Shown: one piece after another, positions 18,088-28,228 of the stretch
Layout of the letters: each line of letters starts with the position of its first letter
Numbering within the stretch: the first letter of the stretch is position 1
Assembly (NCBI RefSeq): GCF_018401815.1
Contig: NZ_JAGYKG010000001.1
Location: 706,388-770,387 of the forward strand
DNA from: Nonlabens sp.
GTDB taxonomy: Bacteria > Bacteroidota > Bacteroidia > Flavobacteriales > Flavobacteriaceae
DNA length: 64,000 nt
Reading direction: 5' to 3'
The notes under the pieces: generated by a model
The model's input: the letters and a program-made list of their open reading frames with translations, nothing else
The model's database searches: none
Told to the model about the DNA's origin: nothing
Translations under genes and position numbers: made by a program

Positions 18088-18231
18088 AGGCCTTAACTAC
18101 CAATTTGAGATACCCTTTATAGCAAACAGCTATTGGCAATCCAACGGCCCAGCCGTAGAGTACTTCATCCCATCTGTAGTATAAAAAGACTCTGTTCCAC
18201 TGCTGTAAATAAAGAGGAATTAAAAAGTCCT
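18088..18231. ncRNA. Candidate structured RNA (long irregular hairpin with multiloop)
   Basis: Nested complementary arms: AGGCCTT/AAAGTCCT, CCCTTTAT/ATAAAGAGG, ACAGCTATTGG/CCACTGCTGT; internal ACGGC-CCA-GCCGT hairpin and AGAGT/ACTCT stem. Strand unresolved. Confidence 0.4.
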
Positions 18232-18327
18232 TGGGTTTTTTAGGCAATCATTAATAAAAAAGCCTTTAAATTTTAGAGAAAAACATGAAGTACATTAAAT
18301 AGAAACTAGAATACTATCTTTGCTTCT

Positions 18328-19080
18328 ATGCAAATTCCCGAAGGAAAAAAAATATACTTCTCTAGTGATAACCACTTAGGTGCGCCAACTCAAGAATTGA
18401 GCAAACCTCGTGAAAGAAAATTTTTAGCTTGGTTGGATCAAGTTAAGGAAGATGCTGCTGCTATATTTTTATTGGGAGACTTGTTTGATTTTTGGTTTGA
18501 GTATAAGTCGGTAGTTCCTAAAAATCAAGTACGCATCCTAGGGAAAATGGCCGAAATTGTTGATAGTGGTATTCCCATCTATTTTTTTGTAGGTAATCAC
18601 GATTTATGGATGTTCGGTTATTTTGAAGAAGAATTGGGTATCCCTGTTTATCATGAGCCTCAGACATTTGAATTTAATAACAAAAAGTTCCTTATCGGTC
18701 ATGGCGACGGGTTAGGTCCTGGTGATAAAGGTTATAAACGTATGAAAAAAGTGTTTACCAGCCCTTTTTTCCAATGGTGTTTCCGATGGATACATCCAGA
18801 TATAGGGGTGCGTATTGCACGACACCTATCCGTAAAAAATAAACTCATCTCAGGTGAAGAGGACGCTCAATTTTTAGGGGAAGAAAACGAATGGCTTGCT
18901 CAGTATGCGAGACGTAAACTGGAAAAAGAACATTTTGATTATTTTATTTTTGGCCATAGGCACTTACCTATGGAAATCAAAGTAGGGGAAGCATCTACCT
19001 ACATCAATCTAGGGGATTGGATTTCTCAATACCGATATGGGGTCTTTGACGGGAAAGATTTTCAGCTTGTTCAGTTTTAA
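18328..19080 (+). CDS. lpxH: UDP-2,3-diacylglucosamine hydrolase (LpxH-type)
   Basis: SDNHLG, LLGDLFDFW, GNHD, HGDG and FGHRH motifs. Confidence 0.85.
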   Translation: MQIPEGKKIYFSSDNHLGAPTQELSKPRERKFLAWLDQVKEDAAAIFLLGDLFDFWFEYKSVVPKNQVRILGKMAEIVDSGIPIYFFVGNHDLWMFGYFEEELGIPVYHEPQTFEFNNKKFLIGHGDGLGPGDKGYKRMKKVFTSPFFQWCFRWIHPDIGVRIARHLSVKNKLISGEEDAQFLGEENEWLAQYARRKLEKEHFDYFIFGHRHLPMEIKVGEASTYINLGDWISQYRYGVFDGKDFQLVQF

Positions 19081-19286
19081 GGCTCCCTGATAATTTAGAT
19101 AAGCTTTTATAAAAATACTCCCCCCTTTTTAGAAACTCAACTTTTGTTATAAGGATGCTTATAATCGCATTCTCTACTAAATAAGTTCATAAATTTATGG
19201 GTAGGATTCATAGTACCAGAGAGGAAGCTGCACTACACTTAAATTACTTACTTTTCTAGATAAAGTGAGCAGTCTCCCTCTATTCT

Positions 19287-20984
19287 TTAAGAATTGAGAT
19301 CTCTTAATCGCAACTGTAGAGAGGTAGTTCCTTGCCATTCATTTTCATCTATAGAATAAGCTATATCGAACTTTTTACCATCAGTTATTTGCTCCCATTT
19401 ACTCCCCATATTAAAACCTATAGCATTAAATGCATTGTGATCCCCCTTTTTTTCGGCTACCTTGATTTTAAGATGGTCTTCCTCTTTACCTACACATTTA
19501 CCAAAACCTGTATCCACCACATTTTCTGTCATAAAAACTGGAGTCATATTTCCTGGACCGAATGGTGCCATTTGTTGTAGAATGCGATAAAACTTAGGTG
19601 TAATATGCTCTAATGGAAGTTTAGAGTCTATATGAACCTCTGGTGTCAAGTGTTTGTTTTCTATAGTAGCAGCAACTACTTCTTCAAAGCGGGCTTTGAA
19701 TTTATCGTAGTTCTCCGGTAATAACGTCAGTCCAGCGGCATACATGTGTCCACCAAATTGCTCGATATAATCAGCACATTGTTCTAGTGCATTGTACACA
19801 TCAAAACCTTTAACGCTGCGAGCACTTGCCGCGAGTCGATCTCCAGATTTAGTAAAGACTAATGTAGGTCGGTAATACTTTTCTATTAATCTAGAGGCTA
19901 CTATTCCTATCACCCCTTTATGCCAGCTTTCGTGGTAAACCACGCTTGTAAATTGATCTTCTTCTTTATTAGTTATGATTTGCTGTATGGCTTCTTGAGT
20001 TATGGATTGGTCCAGTTCTCTCCTATCAGAATTATAATTCTCAATGGATGCTGCAAATTCTTGTGCTTTTTCTAGATCTGTTTCTTTGAGAAGCGCTACG
20101 GCATGAAGTCCATGCTTCATTCTTCCAGCAGCATTGATACGAGGTGCAATGATAAAAACGACATCGGTAATCGTAAGTTTTGTTTTATTTAACTGAGCTA
20201 TTATCGCCTCAAAACCTGCTCGCGGACTCGTGTTAATCACATTAAGACCGTGATATGCAAGAATTCTATTTTCCCCAGTCATAGGCACAATATCGGCTCC
20301 TATTGCCGTAGCTACTAAATCTAAATAAGGAATCAAAATTTCAAATTCCCAGTCGTTTGCCATCGTTAAGGCTTGGCACAATTTAAAGCCTACGCCACAA
20401 CCGCACAATTCGTCATAAGGATACGAGCAGTCGGGGCGTTTAGGATCGAGAACTGCTACAGCGTCGGGCAATTCTTTCCCTGGTCTGTGGTGATCGCAAA
20501 TAATAAAGTCGATCCCTTTTTCTTTAGCATAAGCGACTTTATCTACTGCTTTTACACCACAGTCTAGCGCAATGATCAATGAAAAATCGTTGTCTGCCGC
20601 AAAATCAACTCCTTTAAAACTCACTCCATAGCCTTCCTCATAGCGGTCGGGAATATAAGTAGAAACGCGATCGTAAAAACTTTCTAAAAATGTGGACATC
20701 AATGCCACACTAGTGGTTCCATCTACATCGTAGTCTCCGTAAACAAGAATGTTTTCATTGTTTCCCACTGCTTTTTGAATCCGCTTTACTGCTAGATCCA
20801 TATCTTTCATAAGATAAGGGTCGTGGAGCTCTTCTAGATCAGGTCTGAAATAGGATCTCGCTTTCGCGAAAGCGTCCACACCACGCTGCACCAACAAACC
20901 TGCAAGAAAAGGATCAATGCCTAATTCTTGAGCAAGTTGCTGTTGTTTTTGAGAATCTGGTATGGGTTTAATAGTCCAGCGCAT
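19287..20984 (-). CDS. recJ: Single-stranded DNA exonuclease RecJ
   Basis: YGDYDVDG, DHH, APRINAAGR, GVIGIVASRL and GGHMYAAG motifs. Confidence 0.97.
   Translation of the reverse strand: MRWTIKPIPDSQKQQQLAQELGIDPFLAGLLVQRGVDAFAKARSYFRPDLEELHDPYLMKDMDLAVKRIQKAVGNNENILVYGDYDVDGTTSVALMSTFLESFYDRVSTYIPDRYEEGYGVSFKGVDFAADNDFSLIIALDCGVKAVDKVAYAKEKGIDFIICDHHRPGKELPDAVAVLDPKRPDCSYPYDELCGCGVGFKLCQALTMANDWEFEILIPYLDLVATAIGADIVPMTGENRILAYHGLNVINTSPRAGFEAIIAQLNKTKLTITDVVFIIAPRINAAGRMKHGLHAVALLKETDLEKAQEFAASIENYNSDRRELDQSITQEAIQQIITNKEEDQFTSVVYHESWHKGVIGIVASRLIEKYYRPTLVFTKSGDRLAASARSVKGFDVYNALEQCADYIEQFGGHMYAAGLTLLPENYDKFKARFEEVVAATIENKHLTPEVHIDSKLPLEHITPKFYRILQQMAPFGPGNMTPVFMTENVVDTGFGKCVGKEEDHLKIKVAEKKGDHNAFNAIGFNMGSKWEQITDGKKFDIAYSIDENEWQGTTSLQLRLRDLNS
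20860..20873. repeat. Palindrome in recJ (AFAKA)
   Basis: Read directly. Confidence 0.9.
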
Positions 20985-21106
20985 TTGGTAAAGATAAGAT
21001 CTAAAAAAGAGTTCTGGAATAGAAATAGGAATTACCTGCGTCCATTTTACGAGCTTTCGAGTATCTTTAATAGGTAAATTAAATAAACCCTTACAACATT
21101 ACACGA

Positions 21107-21697
21107 ATGCCATTAGTCAACCCATTAGACCCAAGTCACGACTCTGAAACAGCAGCATTAGCCGATTTCTTCAACGAAACTTTAGGATTTTGTCCTAATT
21201 CTGTATTGACCATGCAGCACCGCCCAACCATATCAAAAGCTTTTATCAACCTAAACAAAGCCGTCATGGCAAACGAGGGTCGTGTCACCAGCGCATTGAA
21301 AAGAATGATCGCGTGGGTTTCTAGCAATGCTACAGGATGCAAGTACTGTCAAGCGCACGCCATACGCGCCGCAGAACGTTATGGAGCAGAACACGAACAA
21401 CTGGATAACATCTGGGAATACCGCACCCATCCTGCTTTTAATGAAGCCGAACGCGTTGCTTTAGATTTTTCTTTAGCGGCTAGCCAAATCCCTAACGCTG
21501 TGGATCAAACTATAAAAGAACGTTTACACCAGTATTGGAATGAAGGGGAAATAGTAGAAATGCTCGGAGTAATATCGCTTTTCGGTTACCTCAACAGGTG
21601 GAACGACTCTATGGCTACCACTTTGGAAAATGATGCCATAATGAGCGGTAATCAATATTTAGGGAAACATGGCTTTGAAGTGGGAAAACATAATTAA
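21107..21697 (+). CDS. Carboxymuconolactone decarboxylase / AhpD-like peroxidase-related protein
   Basis: GCKYCQAH (CxYCxxH) motif and EIVEMLGVISLFGYLNRWN. Confidence 0.85.
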   Translation: MPLVNPLDPSHDSETAALADFFNETLGFCPNSVLTMQHRPTISKAFINLNKAVMANEGRVTSALKRMIAWVSSNATGCKYCQAHAIRAAERYGAEHEQLDNIWEYRTHPAFNEAERVALDFSLAASQIPNAVDQTIKERLHQYWNEGEIVEMLGVISLFGYLNRWNDSMATTLENDAIMSGNQYLGKHGFEVGKHN

Positions 21698-21707
21698 TCA
21701 AAAGGCT

Positions 21708-22535
21708 TTACTGATTCACAAACTCTATCACCTGATCTTTTCCATCAGTAGTGTGCTCAATAGAAATACCGCCTGCAGTTTTATAACCTATCCCTATAAA
21801 GTTAGTCGCTACTGCAAGGTAACAACCTCCCTTACTCTTTTTTAAAGTTCCTATAACCATATCCCCTTTAAAAATACTATAGCCTTCAGAAGAGCTCCTT
21901 AGTGAAAAAGTGTTGTCTGTGGTTGAATAGTCCTTTTTTAGTAGGGTTACTTGAGATTTCTCCTCAACTGTCGTTGCATCTGTAACTTGACGGTCCTTTA
22001 CTCGCGTGTCAAATCCAGGGACTTTTTCAGCACTAGTAGTGACTCCTTTGAATTGCTGATTTCCTGGTTTTTCAATAGTAACCACTTGCTCATCTATTAC
22101 ATCTTTAGGCGTGTACTTATAATCTACCTCATCAAAAGAGGTCATTGCATCTCGTAGTGCTTCAAAATAGGCTCTATCGTTAGATTTGACAGTCCCTACT
22201 CCCTTTTTACTAGTAAAAACAACAGTTCCTGAACAATCCACTAATTCCATTACCATGTAAATCCTAAGAGTTCCTGATTTATCCAGTTTTAATTGAAGTG
22301 CGTTGCACTCGCCACGATTTAAATCTGCAGGAAGAATTTCAGAATTTCTGAATGCCGTAAAGTTCTGTTTTTTAAGTTCAAATACAATCAGCTCATTAAA
22401 GTGGTATTCATTAGCTTCATTTTGAAACTCGTACTGGTTATTTACAATAATATACTTGTACTGATTCAAAGCAACATCTTGTGCGTTTACCAATAGTGAT
22501 GTTGAAATAAGTAAAAATAAGAGTAGTAGTTTCAT
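21708..22535 (-). CDS. Secreted hypothetical protein
   Basis: Signal peptide MKLLLLFLLISTSLLVNA-Q; start refined from the ORF track. Confidence 0.7.
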   Translation of the reverse strand: MKLLLLFLLISTSLLVNAQDVALNQYKYIIVNNQYEFQNEANEYHFNELIVFELKKQNFTAFRNSEILPADLNRGECNALQLKLDKSGTLRIYMVMELVDCSGTVVFTSKKGVGTVKSNDRAYFEALRDAMTSFDEVDYKYTPKDVIDEQVVTIEKPGNQQFKGVTTSAEKVPGFDTRVKDRQVTDATTVEEKSQVTLLKKDYSTTDNTFSLRSSSEGYSIFKGDMVIGTLKKSKGGCYLAVATNFIGIGYKTAGGISIEHTTDGKDQVIEFVNQ

Positions 22536-22816
22536 AAGACTTGTGACTTCCATTATTAAGGATTTTCTAGAACGATTCCAATCAATTGGTATTGTTGAAA
22601 ATATAGATTTATAGTTACTTAAAGGATAACAGTTGATGCTGCCCTAACGCAGATCCAAAAGTGGCAAAATACAAATTAACTAAATACTTAAGAGTATTTC
22701 TTGCTTCATAAATATCATTTCCCTTTCTAATCAACCTCTTCAATTTATGAACAAAACTTCGTAAAAATATGCTGAAACCCTACCTTTGAGACTTGCATTC
22801 CATTCCAACCAATCTT

Positions 22817-24979
22817 ATGAAAAAATTAGAGCTCCTTAAAAAATATTTTGGGTATGACAGTTTCCGACCACTGCAAGAACAAGTTATAGACGATGTTATT
22901 GCTGGTAAAGACCTTATGGTAGTCATGCCCACAGGAGGAGGAAAATCTATGTGTTTTCAGTTACCGGCCTTATTTTTAGATGGAATTACTTTAGTGGTAT
23001 CACCATTAATTGCCTTGATGAAAGATCAGGTAGATGCGTTGCGGGCTAATGGTATCCCTGCTTCTTATTTTAACAGCTCGCAAGATACCTCTCAACAACA
23101 AGAACTGCTGAAAGAATTGCGATCTGGGAGCTTAAAACTAATATATGTCGCTCCAGAAAGCATCGGGCTGCTCAACAATCACTTAAAAGAAATACCCGTT
23201 TCTTTAATCGCAGTAGATGAGGCGCACTGCATTTCTGCATGGGGACATGATTTCAGACCTGCCTACACACAACTTGCTTATTTTAAAACCAGCTTTCCAA
23301 AAGCGAATCTTATTGCTTTAACCGCGACGGCAGATCGAGCCACGAGAGCCGATATCAAAAAGCAATTGGGGATTCAACATGCAAAAGAATATGTCGCGTC
23401 TTTTGATAGACCTAATCTAACCTTAGAAGTACGCCCTGGAAACAATCGGTTACAACAAATACGTCGCTTTCTTCAAAAGAATAAGGACAAGTCTGGAATT
23501 ATTTATTGTTTAAGCAGAAAAACCTGTGAAAGCCTTGCTAGTAAAATTACAGCTTACGGATTTGACGCAGCCGCTTACCATGCAGGCTTGAGTCATGAAG
23601 AGCGAGAGAATATACAAGAAACATTTATCAAAGACGATCTTAAAATAGTATGTGCGACCATTGCATTTGGAATGGGAATAGATAAATCCAATGTGCGATT
23701 TGTACTGCATTACAACATGCCTAAAAATATAGAAGGCTATTATCAAGAAATAGGTCGTGCTGGTAGAGATGGCATTGATTCTCATGCGTTGTTATTTCAT
23801 AGTTATGCAGATATGATACAACTGCGCAAATTTGCCGAAGGCAGCGGTAATGTAGAAGTTCAGATAGCAAAACTAGAACGCATGAAACAATTTGCTGAGG
23901 CGTTGACTTGTAGAAGAAAGATGTTGCTTTCTTACTTTAATGAATATCTAGACGAAGACTGCGGCAATTGTGATGTTTGCCTCAATAAACCAGACTTTTT
24001 TGACGCCACGTTGTCTGCGCAAAAAGCCTTAAGTGCAATAATTAGAACTGAAGAAAAAGCATCTCTTAATCTTCTTATAGATGTGTTGCGGGGAGCGCAA
24101 AATGCAGCAGTTATAGAAAGTGGGTTCCAGCAAATCAAAACCTATGGTGCTGGAAAAGATATCTCTTGGAACGACTGGCAACAATATATTGTGCAAATGA
24201 TCAATCAAGGACTGATAGAAATTGCTTTTCATGAATTCAATCATTTAAAATTGACTCCTCAAGGGAAAGAAGTGCTTTTTGATGGACGCAAGGTATCACT
24301 GGCTGTGATTCCTAAACCAGAAGAACTGGCCGCCAAAAGAGCACAACACACCAAAGAAGAACTACCTACAGAGGTCAACCGCGATCTCTACGAGGCATTG
24401 CGCAAAACTAGACTCCAACTCGCAAACGCTAGTAATCTAGCTCCTTATATGATTTTTAGTGATGCAACATTAAAGGATATGGCAACTAGAATACCACTAG
24501 ACGATAATGAATTTGCAGATATTACAGGTGTAGGAAGCCATAAGCACGATACGTATGGCGTAGCATTCCTTAAAATAATCTCTGGATTCAAAGATTCCCG
24601 TACAGATGATTTCGTCTATAGGGAGGAAATCATAAAGCCTAAACGTAAAAAGAAAAAAGGATCAGGCCCTAAAAAAGATACGGTTATGGAGAGTGTCGAG
24701 CTTTTTTGGGATGGGAAAACAATCAAAGACATTGCCGAAATAAGAGGCTTCCAACCGTCTACCATCATGGCACACCTAACGAAAAGATATGAATCCCATA
24801 ACGATATTGATCTAGAAAAATTAATCGATGGTAAAGACTACAACCGTATGGCTGAAGACTTTAATAAGATAAAAGATGAAGAAAGCCTGAAATCCATCTT
24901 TGAACATTTTGAGGGTAAAATAGATTATGGAACGTTGCGTATTGGCCTGACTTTATTGAAAGAGAAGAAGGAGGTTTGA
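22817..24979 (+). CDS. recQ: ATP-dependent DNA helicase RecQ (RQC, HRDC and C-terminal HTH)
   Basis: MPTGGGKS, VDEAHC, LTATA, QEIGRAGRDG, Zn-binding CRR..CGNCD and HRDC IFSDATL; start refined to ATG 22817. Confidence 0.97.
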   Translation: MKKLELLKKYFGYDSFRPLQEQVIDDVIAGKDLMVVMPTGGGKSMCFQLPALFLDGITLVVSPLIALMKDQVDALRANGIPASYFNSSQDTSQQQELLKELRSGSLKLIYVAPESIGLLNNHLKEIPVSLIAVDEAHCISAWGHDFRPAYTQLAYFKTSFPKANLIALTATADRATRADIKKQLGIQHAKEYVASFDRPNLTLEVRPGNNRLQQIRRFLQKNKDKSGIIYCLSRKTCESLASKITAYGFDAAAYHAGLSHEERENIQETFIKDDLKIVCATIAFGMGIDKSNVRFVLHYNMPKNIEGYYQEIGRAGRDGIDSHALLFHSYADMIQLRKFAEGSGNVEVQIAKLERMKQFAEALTCRRKMLLSYFNEYLDEDCGNCDVCLNKPDFFDATLSAQKALSAIIRTEEKASLNLLIDVLRGAQNAAVIESGFQQIKTYGAGKDISWNDWQQYIVQMINQGLIEIAFHEFNHLKLTPQGKEVLFDGRKVSLAVIPKPEELAAKRAQHTKEELPTEVNRDLYEALRKTRLQLANASNLAPYMIFSDATLKDMATRIPLDDNEFADITGVGSHKHDTYGVAFLKIISGFKDSRTDDFVYREEIIKPKRKKKKGSGPKKDTVMESVELFWDGKTIKDIAEIRGFQPSTIMAHLTKRYESHNDIDLEKLIDGKDYNRMAEDFNKIKDEESLKSIFEHFEGKIDYGTLRIGLTLLKEKKEV

Positions 24980-25024
24980 AATAGTAATTAAATATTAGCT
25001 TAATCAAATTTAAAAATTATAATA

Positions 25025-25062
25025 ACCACAAAAGCCAGAATTATAATTCTGGCTTTTGTGGT
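25025..25062. terminator. Bidirectional terminator (perfect 38-bp palindrome)
   Basis: ACCACAAAAGCCAGAATTA/TAATTCTGGCTTTTGTGGT between the convergent recQ and desaturase genes. Confidence 0.85.
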
Positions 25063-25069
25063 TTTAAAA

Positions 25070-26074
25070 CTATCCACCTACTAAGGCAGGATTCACCCAA
25101 CTAAATGTTGCCGACTCGCTTGGGATTTTAATTCTTTGTGAAACGCGTTCCATACGAGCTGGAAGTTTCATTAAGTAGTCCCTTGCTTTTTCTGCTTCTT
25201 CGGTTAAATTGGTCATCTTAGCAATATCCCATTGTTCAATCAGCTTTTGCATAATGTCTATATAGTCCTGAGCGGTATAAACACCTATACGCTGTGCACT
25301 GTTTGAAAAATCCTCAAAAGCAGCTCCTATAGACTGTCCAGATTCTCTAAGGAACATCGCCGGCATTACAATTTTGTGAACCATCATTTCCTTAAATGCT
25401 ACCATCATATTGCTAGGGTCTACTTTGAAAATCTCACTTACAAAGGTGCTATAAGCCTTGTGGTGACGCATCTCATCTCCTGATATGATGCGACACATTT
25501 TAGAAAGCGCTGTGTTTCCATAGCCACGGGCTAATTTTGCTACACGGTTGTGAGAAATATAAGTCGCAAGTTCTTGAAAACTGGTATAAATAAAATTCTT
25601 ATAAGGATCGCGATCGGTCCCAATATCAAATCCATCTGTAATCAAGTGATGTGTAGTAATTTCTACCTCCCGCATGTTGACACGACCAGATAAGTACAAA
25701 TATTTGTTAAGTGTATCACCATGGCGGTTTTCTTCACCCGTCCACTGGCGCACCCATTTGGACCAAATATTCCCCTTGCCTTCTACCTGATTAATACCTT
25801 CTACATCCATTAACCATGATTCATAAGTAGGTAATGCCTCCTCAGTGATCGTATCTCCTACAAGTGCTACCCAAAAGTCGTAGGGCAACTCTTTTGCAAG
25901 CTCTCTTAGTTCTCGTACTTCTTCAAAAAAAGTATCTTCTTGAGAGTTGGGTAAAAAATCAGAAGGCTGCCAAATTTTATCTACTGGAATTAGGTATTCA
26001 TCCATGAAGGACTCTACTTTGCTTTCCAAAGATTGCATCACCTCAATGCGTATATTCTTAAGTGGTTTATTCAT
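25070..26074 (-). CDS. Acyl-ACP desaturase
   Basis: WQPSDFLP, ITEEALPTY, WTGEENRHG, YTSFQELAT and DEMRH di-iron motifs. Confidence 0.93.
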   Translation of the reverse strand: MNKPLKNIRIEVMQSLESKVESFMDEYLIPVDKIWQPSDFLPNSQEDTFFEEVRELRELAKELPYDFWVALVGDTITEEALPTYESWLMDVEGINQVEGKGNIWSKWVRQWTGEENRHGDTLNKYLYLSGRVNMREVEITTHHLITDGFDIGTDRDPYKNFIYTSFQELATYISHNRVAKLARGYGNTALSKMCRIISGDEMRHHKAYSTFVSEIFKVDPSNMMVAFKEMMVHKIVMPAMFLRESGQSIGAAFEDFSNSAQRIGVYTAQDYIDIMQKLIEQWDIAKMTNLTEEAEKARDYLMKLPARMERVSQRIKIPSESATFSWVNPALVGG

Positions 26075-26117
26075 AGGGCAAATTGTATGGTAAAGGTAGT
26101 CGTTTTGAAATTGTTCT

Positions 26118-26131
26118 GCTTTCGCGAAAGC
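26118..26131. repeat. Palindrome, intergenic (acyltransferase to desaturase)
   Basis: Read directly. Confidence 0.9.
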
Positions 26132-26142
26132 AACATTATTAT

Positions 26143-26895
26143 TTAACTCTTAAACGCAGTAGAAGTAATGCTATTGTGAACTATTTCTTGAGTTTCTAAA
26201 ATTAGCTCATCGTGATCTCTTCCTTGAATAGAAATAGGCTCGTGAATGGTAAGCTCTATTTTATTGCCTATTCCGTAAGGAAACTTACCGTAGCGATCTA
26301 TCTTCCAACTGTTATTTATGGTTACAGGAACAACGACAGCATCTGGCACATATTTAAATATGGTTTTTAAACCATTTGTCTGAAAAGGTCTTGGAACTCC
26401 CGTCCTGCTTCGAGTACCTTCTGCAAAAATCACTACGCTGCGTTTTTTTTCATGCACATTTTTCGCAAATTTTATCAAAGCGGTAATTGCTTGTATACGG
26501 TCTTTGCGGTCTATAGAACAATTCTCTCCTATCCTTAAATTTAAGGAAATGCTAGGAATTCCTTTGGACAACTCTTTTTTGGCAATGAATTTTGCATGGT
26601 ACTGTCTCAAATAATAAATTAATGGCGGTATATCAAACATACTTTGGTGATTGCACACAAAAATATAAGATGGCCCAAGCGGCAAATCAGTTGTATAATT
26701 GATGCTAAAAGTATTCCATAGCGGCAATTGAGACTGTATTAAAAACCAATTGAGTATATAAACACTTTTGCGGTGGGCGTTATAGCCACCTAACTTATAA
26801 CATACCAACTGAATGGGATGAAAAACGAGTAATAACAAAAAGAAAACGATGATGTGAATAACCGTTAACGGATATGAGATAATTTTTTGCATCAT
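26143..26895 (-). CDS. Lysophospholipid acyltransferase (PlsC-like)
   Basis: NHQSMFD, IDR and FAEGTRS motifs. Confidence 0.9.
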   Translation of the reverse strand: MMQKIISYPLTVIHIIVFFLLLLVFHPIQLVCYKLGGYNAHRKSVYILNWFLIQSQLPLWNTFSINYTTDLPLGPSYIFVCNHQSMFDIPPLIYYLRQYHAKFIAKKELSKGIPSISLNLRIGENCSIDRKDRIQAITALIKFAKNVHEKKRSVVIFAEGTRSRTGVPRPFQTNGLKTIFKYVPDAVVVPVTINNSWKIDRYGKFPYGIGNKIELTIHEPISIQGRDHDELILETQEIVHNSITSTAFKS

Positions 26896-27099
26896 ACAAA
26901 GGTAAATGCTTAAATTATATGAAAGATAGAGATCTAGCGAAATCTATATGCGTGCATAGTAATTAGGGATTAGGGAAAATAAATTTTGCTCAGGCAGGTC
27001 AAAAAACTGTCTGTGCTAATTTTAAAAAAACAAACTGAAAACTAAAAAAGTGCTTTTATCTCAAGACAAAAGCACTTTACATTTTAAAACTAAAACTGA

Positions 27100-27510
27100 T
27101 TAACAGTTCTCGTTGTAAGCTTCTTTCAGGTTTTCAGCAATCATTTCAGCTGGTCTTCCTTCAATATGATGACGTTCTAACATATGAACCAATTCGCCAT
27201 TCTTGAACAAAGCCATGCTTGGTGAACTAGGTGGAAAAGGAATCATTGCTGCTCTCGCTGCATCTACTGCATCACGATCTACTCCTGCAAAAACCGTTAC
27301 AATATGATCTGGTTTTTTTGCATTATCTAAAGACATTTTTGCTCCAGGACGTGCATTAGCAGCAGCACATCCACAAACCGAATTCACCACTACTAAAGTA
27401 GTCCCCTCTTTGCTTAGCGCCTCTTTTACGTCGTTTGCTGTATATAAGTGTTCAAATCCTGCGGTGCCTAAATCGTCACGCATTGGTTGAACTAATTCTG
27501 ATGGGTACAT
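27100..27510 (-). CDS. BrxA/BrxB family bacilliredoxin
   Basis: NSVCGCAA (CGC) motif and PPSSPS.ALFK.G. Confidence 0.92.
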   Translation of the reverse strand: MYPSELVQPMRDDLGTAGFEHLYTANDVKEALSKEGTTLVVVNSVCGCAAANARPGAKMSLDNAKKPDHIVTVFAGVDRDAVDAARAAMIPFPPSSPSMALFKNGELVHMLERHHIEGRPAEMIAENLKEAYNENC

Positions 27511-27819
27511 AATATTAATTTTTTACAAAGGTAAAGACTTCTAGTGCTTTATAAAACAACTGTGGTATCAATTAAGTTTATTATAAGAACGATTTTTTGA
27601 ATGGAAAGTCTTTCAGTAGGTAAAAACAAATATGAAGACAAGAGCATATGGGATTTGTACATACTTTAATTTCCATAAAGACTAGTGAACTTGAAAGTAA
27701 AGGCGCATAAAAATCTAACAGGCATTACTAAAATAATAAACCCTGCTATATTGGCAATGAGGGCTTTCCATTTACAAATGTTTAGTACCTTTAAGACGTT
27801 CTCTTAATGCCTAATAGTG

Positions 27820-28170
27820 ATGACCAAAAGAAAATGTATTGAATGTGATGAAGAAGTACGCGGTAGAGCCGATAAAGTTTATTGCAGTGACTACTGTCGG
27901 AACGTAGCGAATAATAAATTAAATAAAGACACCAATGCCTTAATGCGCAATATCAATAATAGACTGCGTAAAAACCATCGCATCTTACAAATGCTCAATC
28001 CTAAAGATAAAATTAAGGTAAGTAGAAATAAACTACTTGCTAACGGCTTTGACTTTAACTTCTTTACCAGTATATACACTACCAAAAAAGGTAGCAATTA
28101 TTATTTTGTTTACGATCAAGGATACTTATCTATGGAAGACGACTACTACCTGATTGTTAAGAGAGATTAA
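27820..28170 (+). CDS. Conserved Bacteroidetes hypothetical protein with Zn-binding N-terminus
   Basis: CIEC..GRADKVYCSDYCR; C-terminal GFDFNFFTS..YYFVYDQGY. Confidence 0.75.
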   Translation: MTKRKCIECDEEVRGRADKVYCSDYCRNVANNKLNKDTNALMRNINNRLRKNHRILQMLNPKDKIKVSRNKLLANGFDFNFFTSIYTTKKGSNYYFVYDQGYLSMEDDYYLIVKRD

Positions 28171-28228
28171 GAATGCCATATACTAACAACACTTGCGTTA
28201 TGATGCCTTATTAAACACAATTTCCCCA

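Noticed and set aside
18044-18247. 67-aa ORF
   Set aside because: TTG start, no recognisable motif, and it coincides with the structured region, which explains the sequence better.
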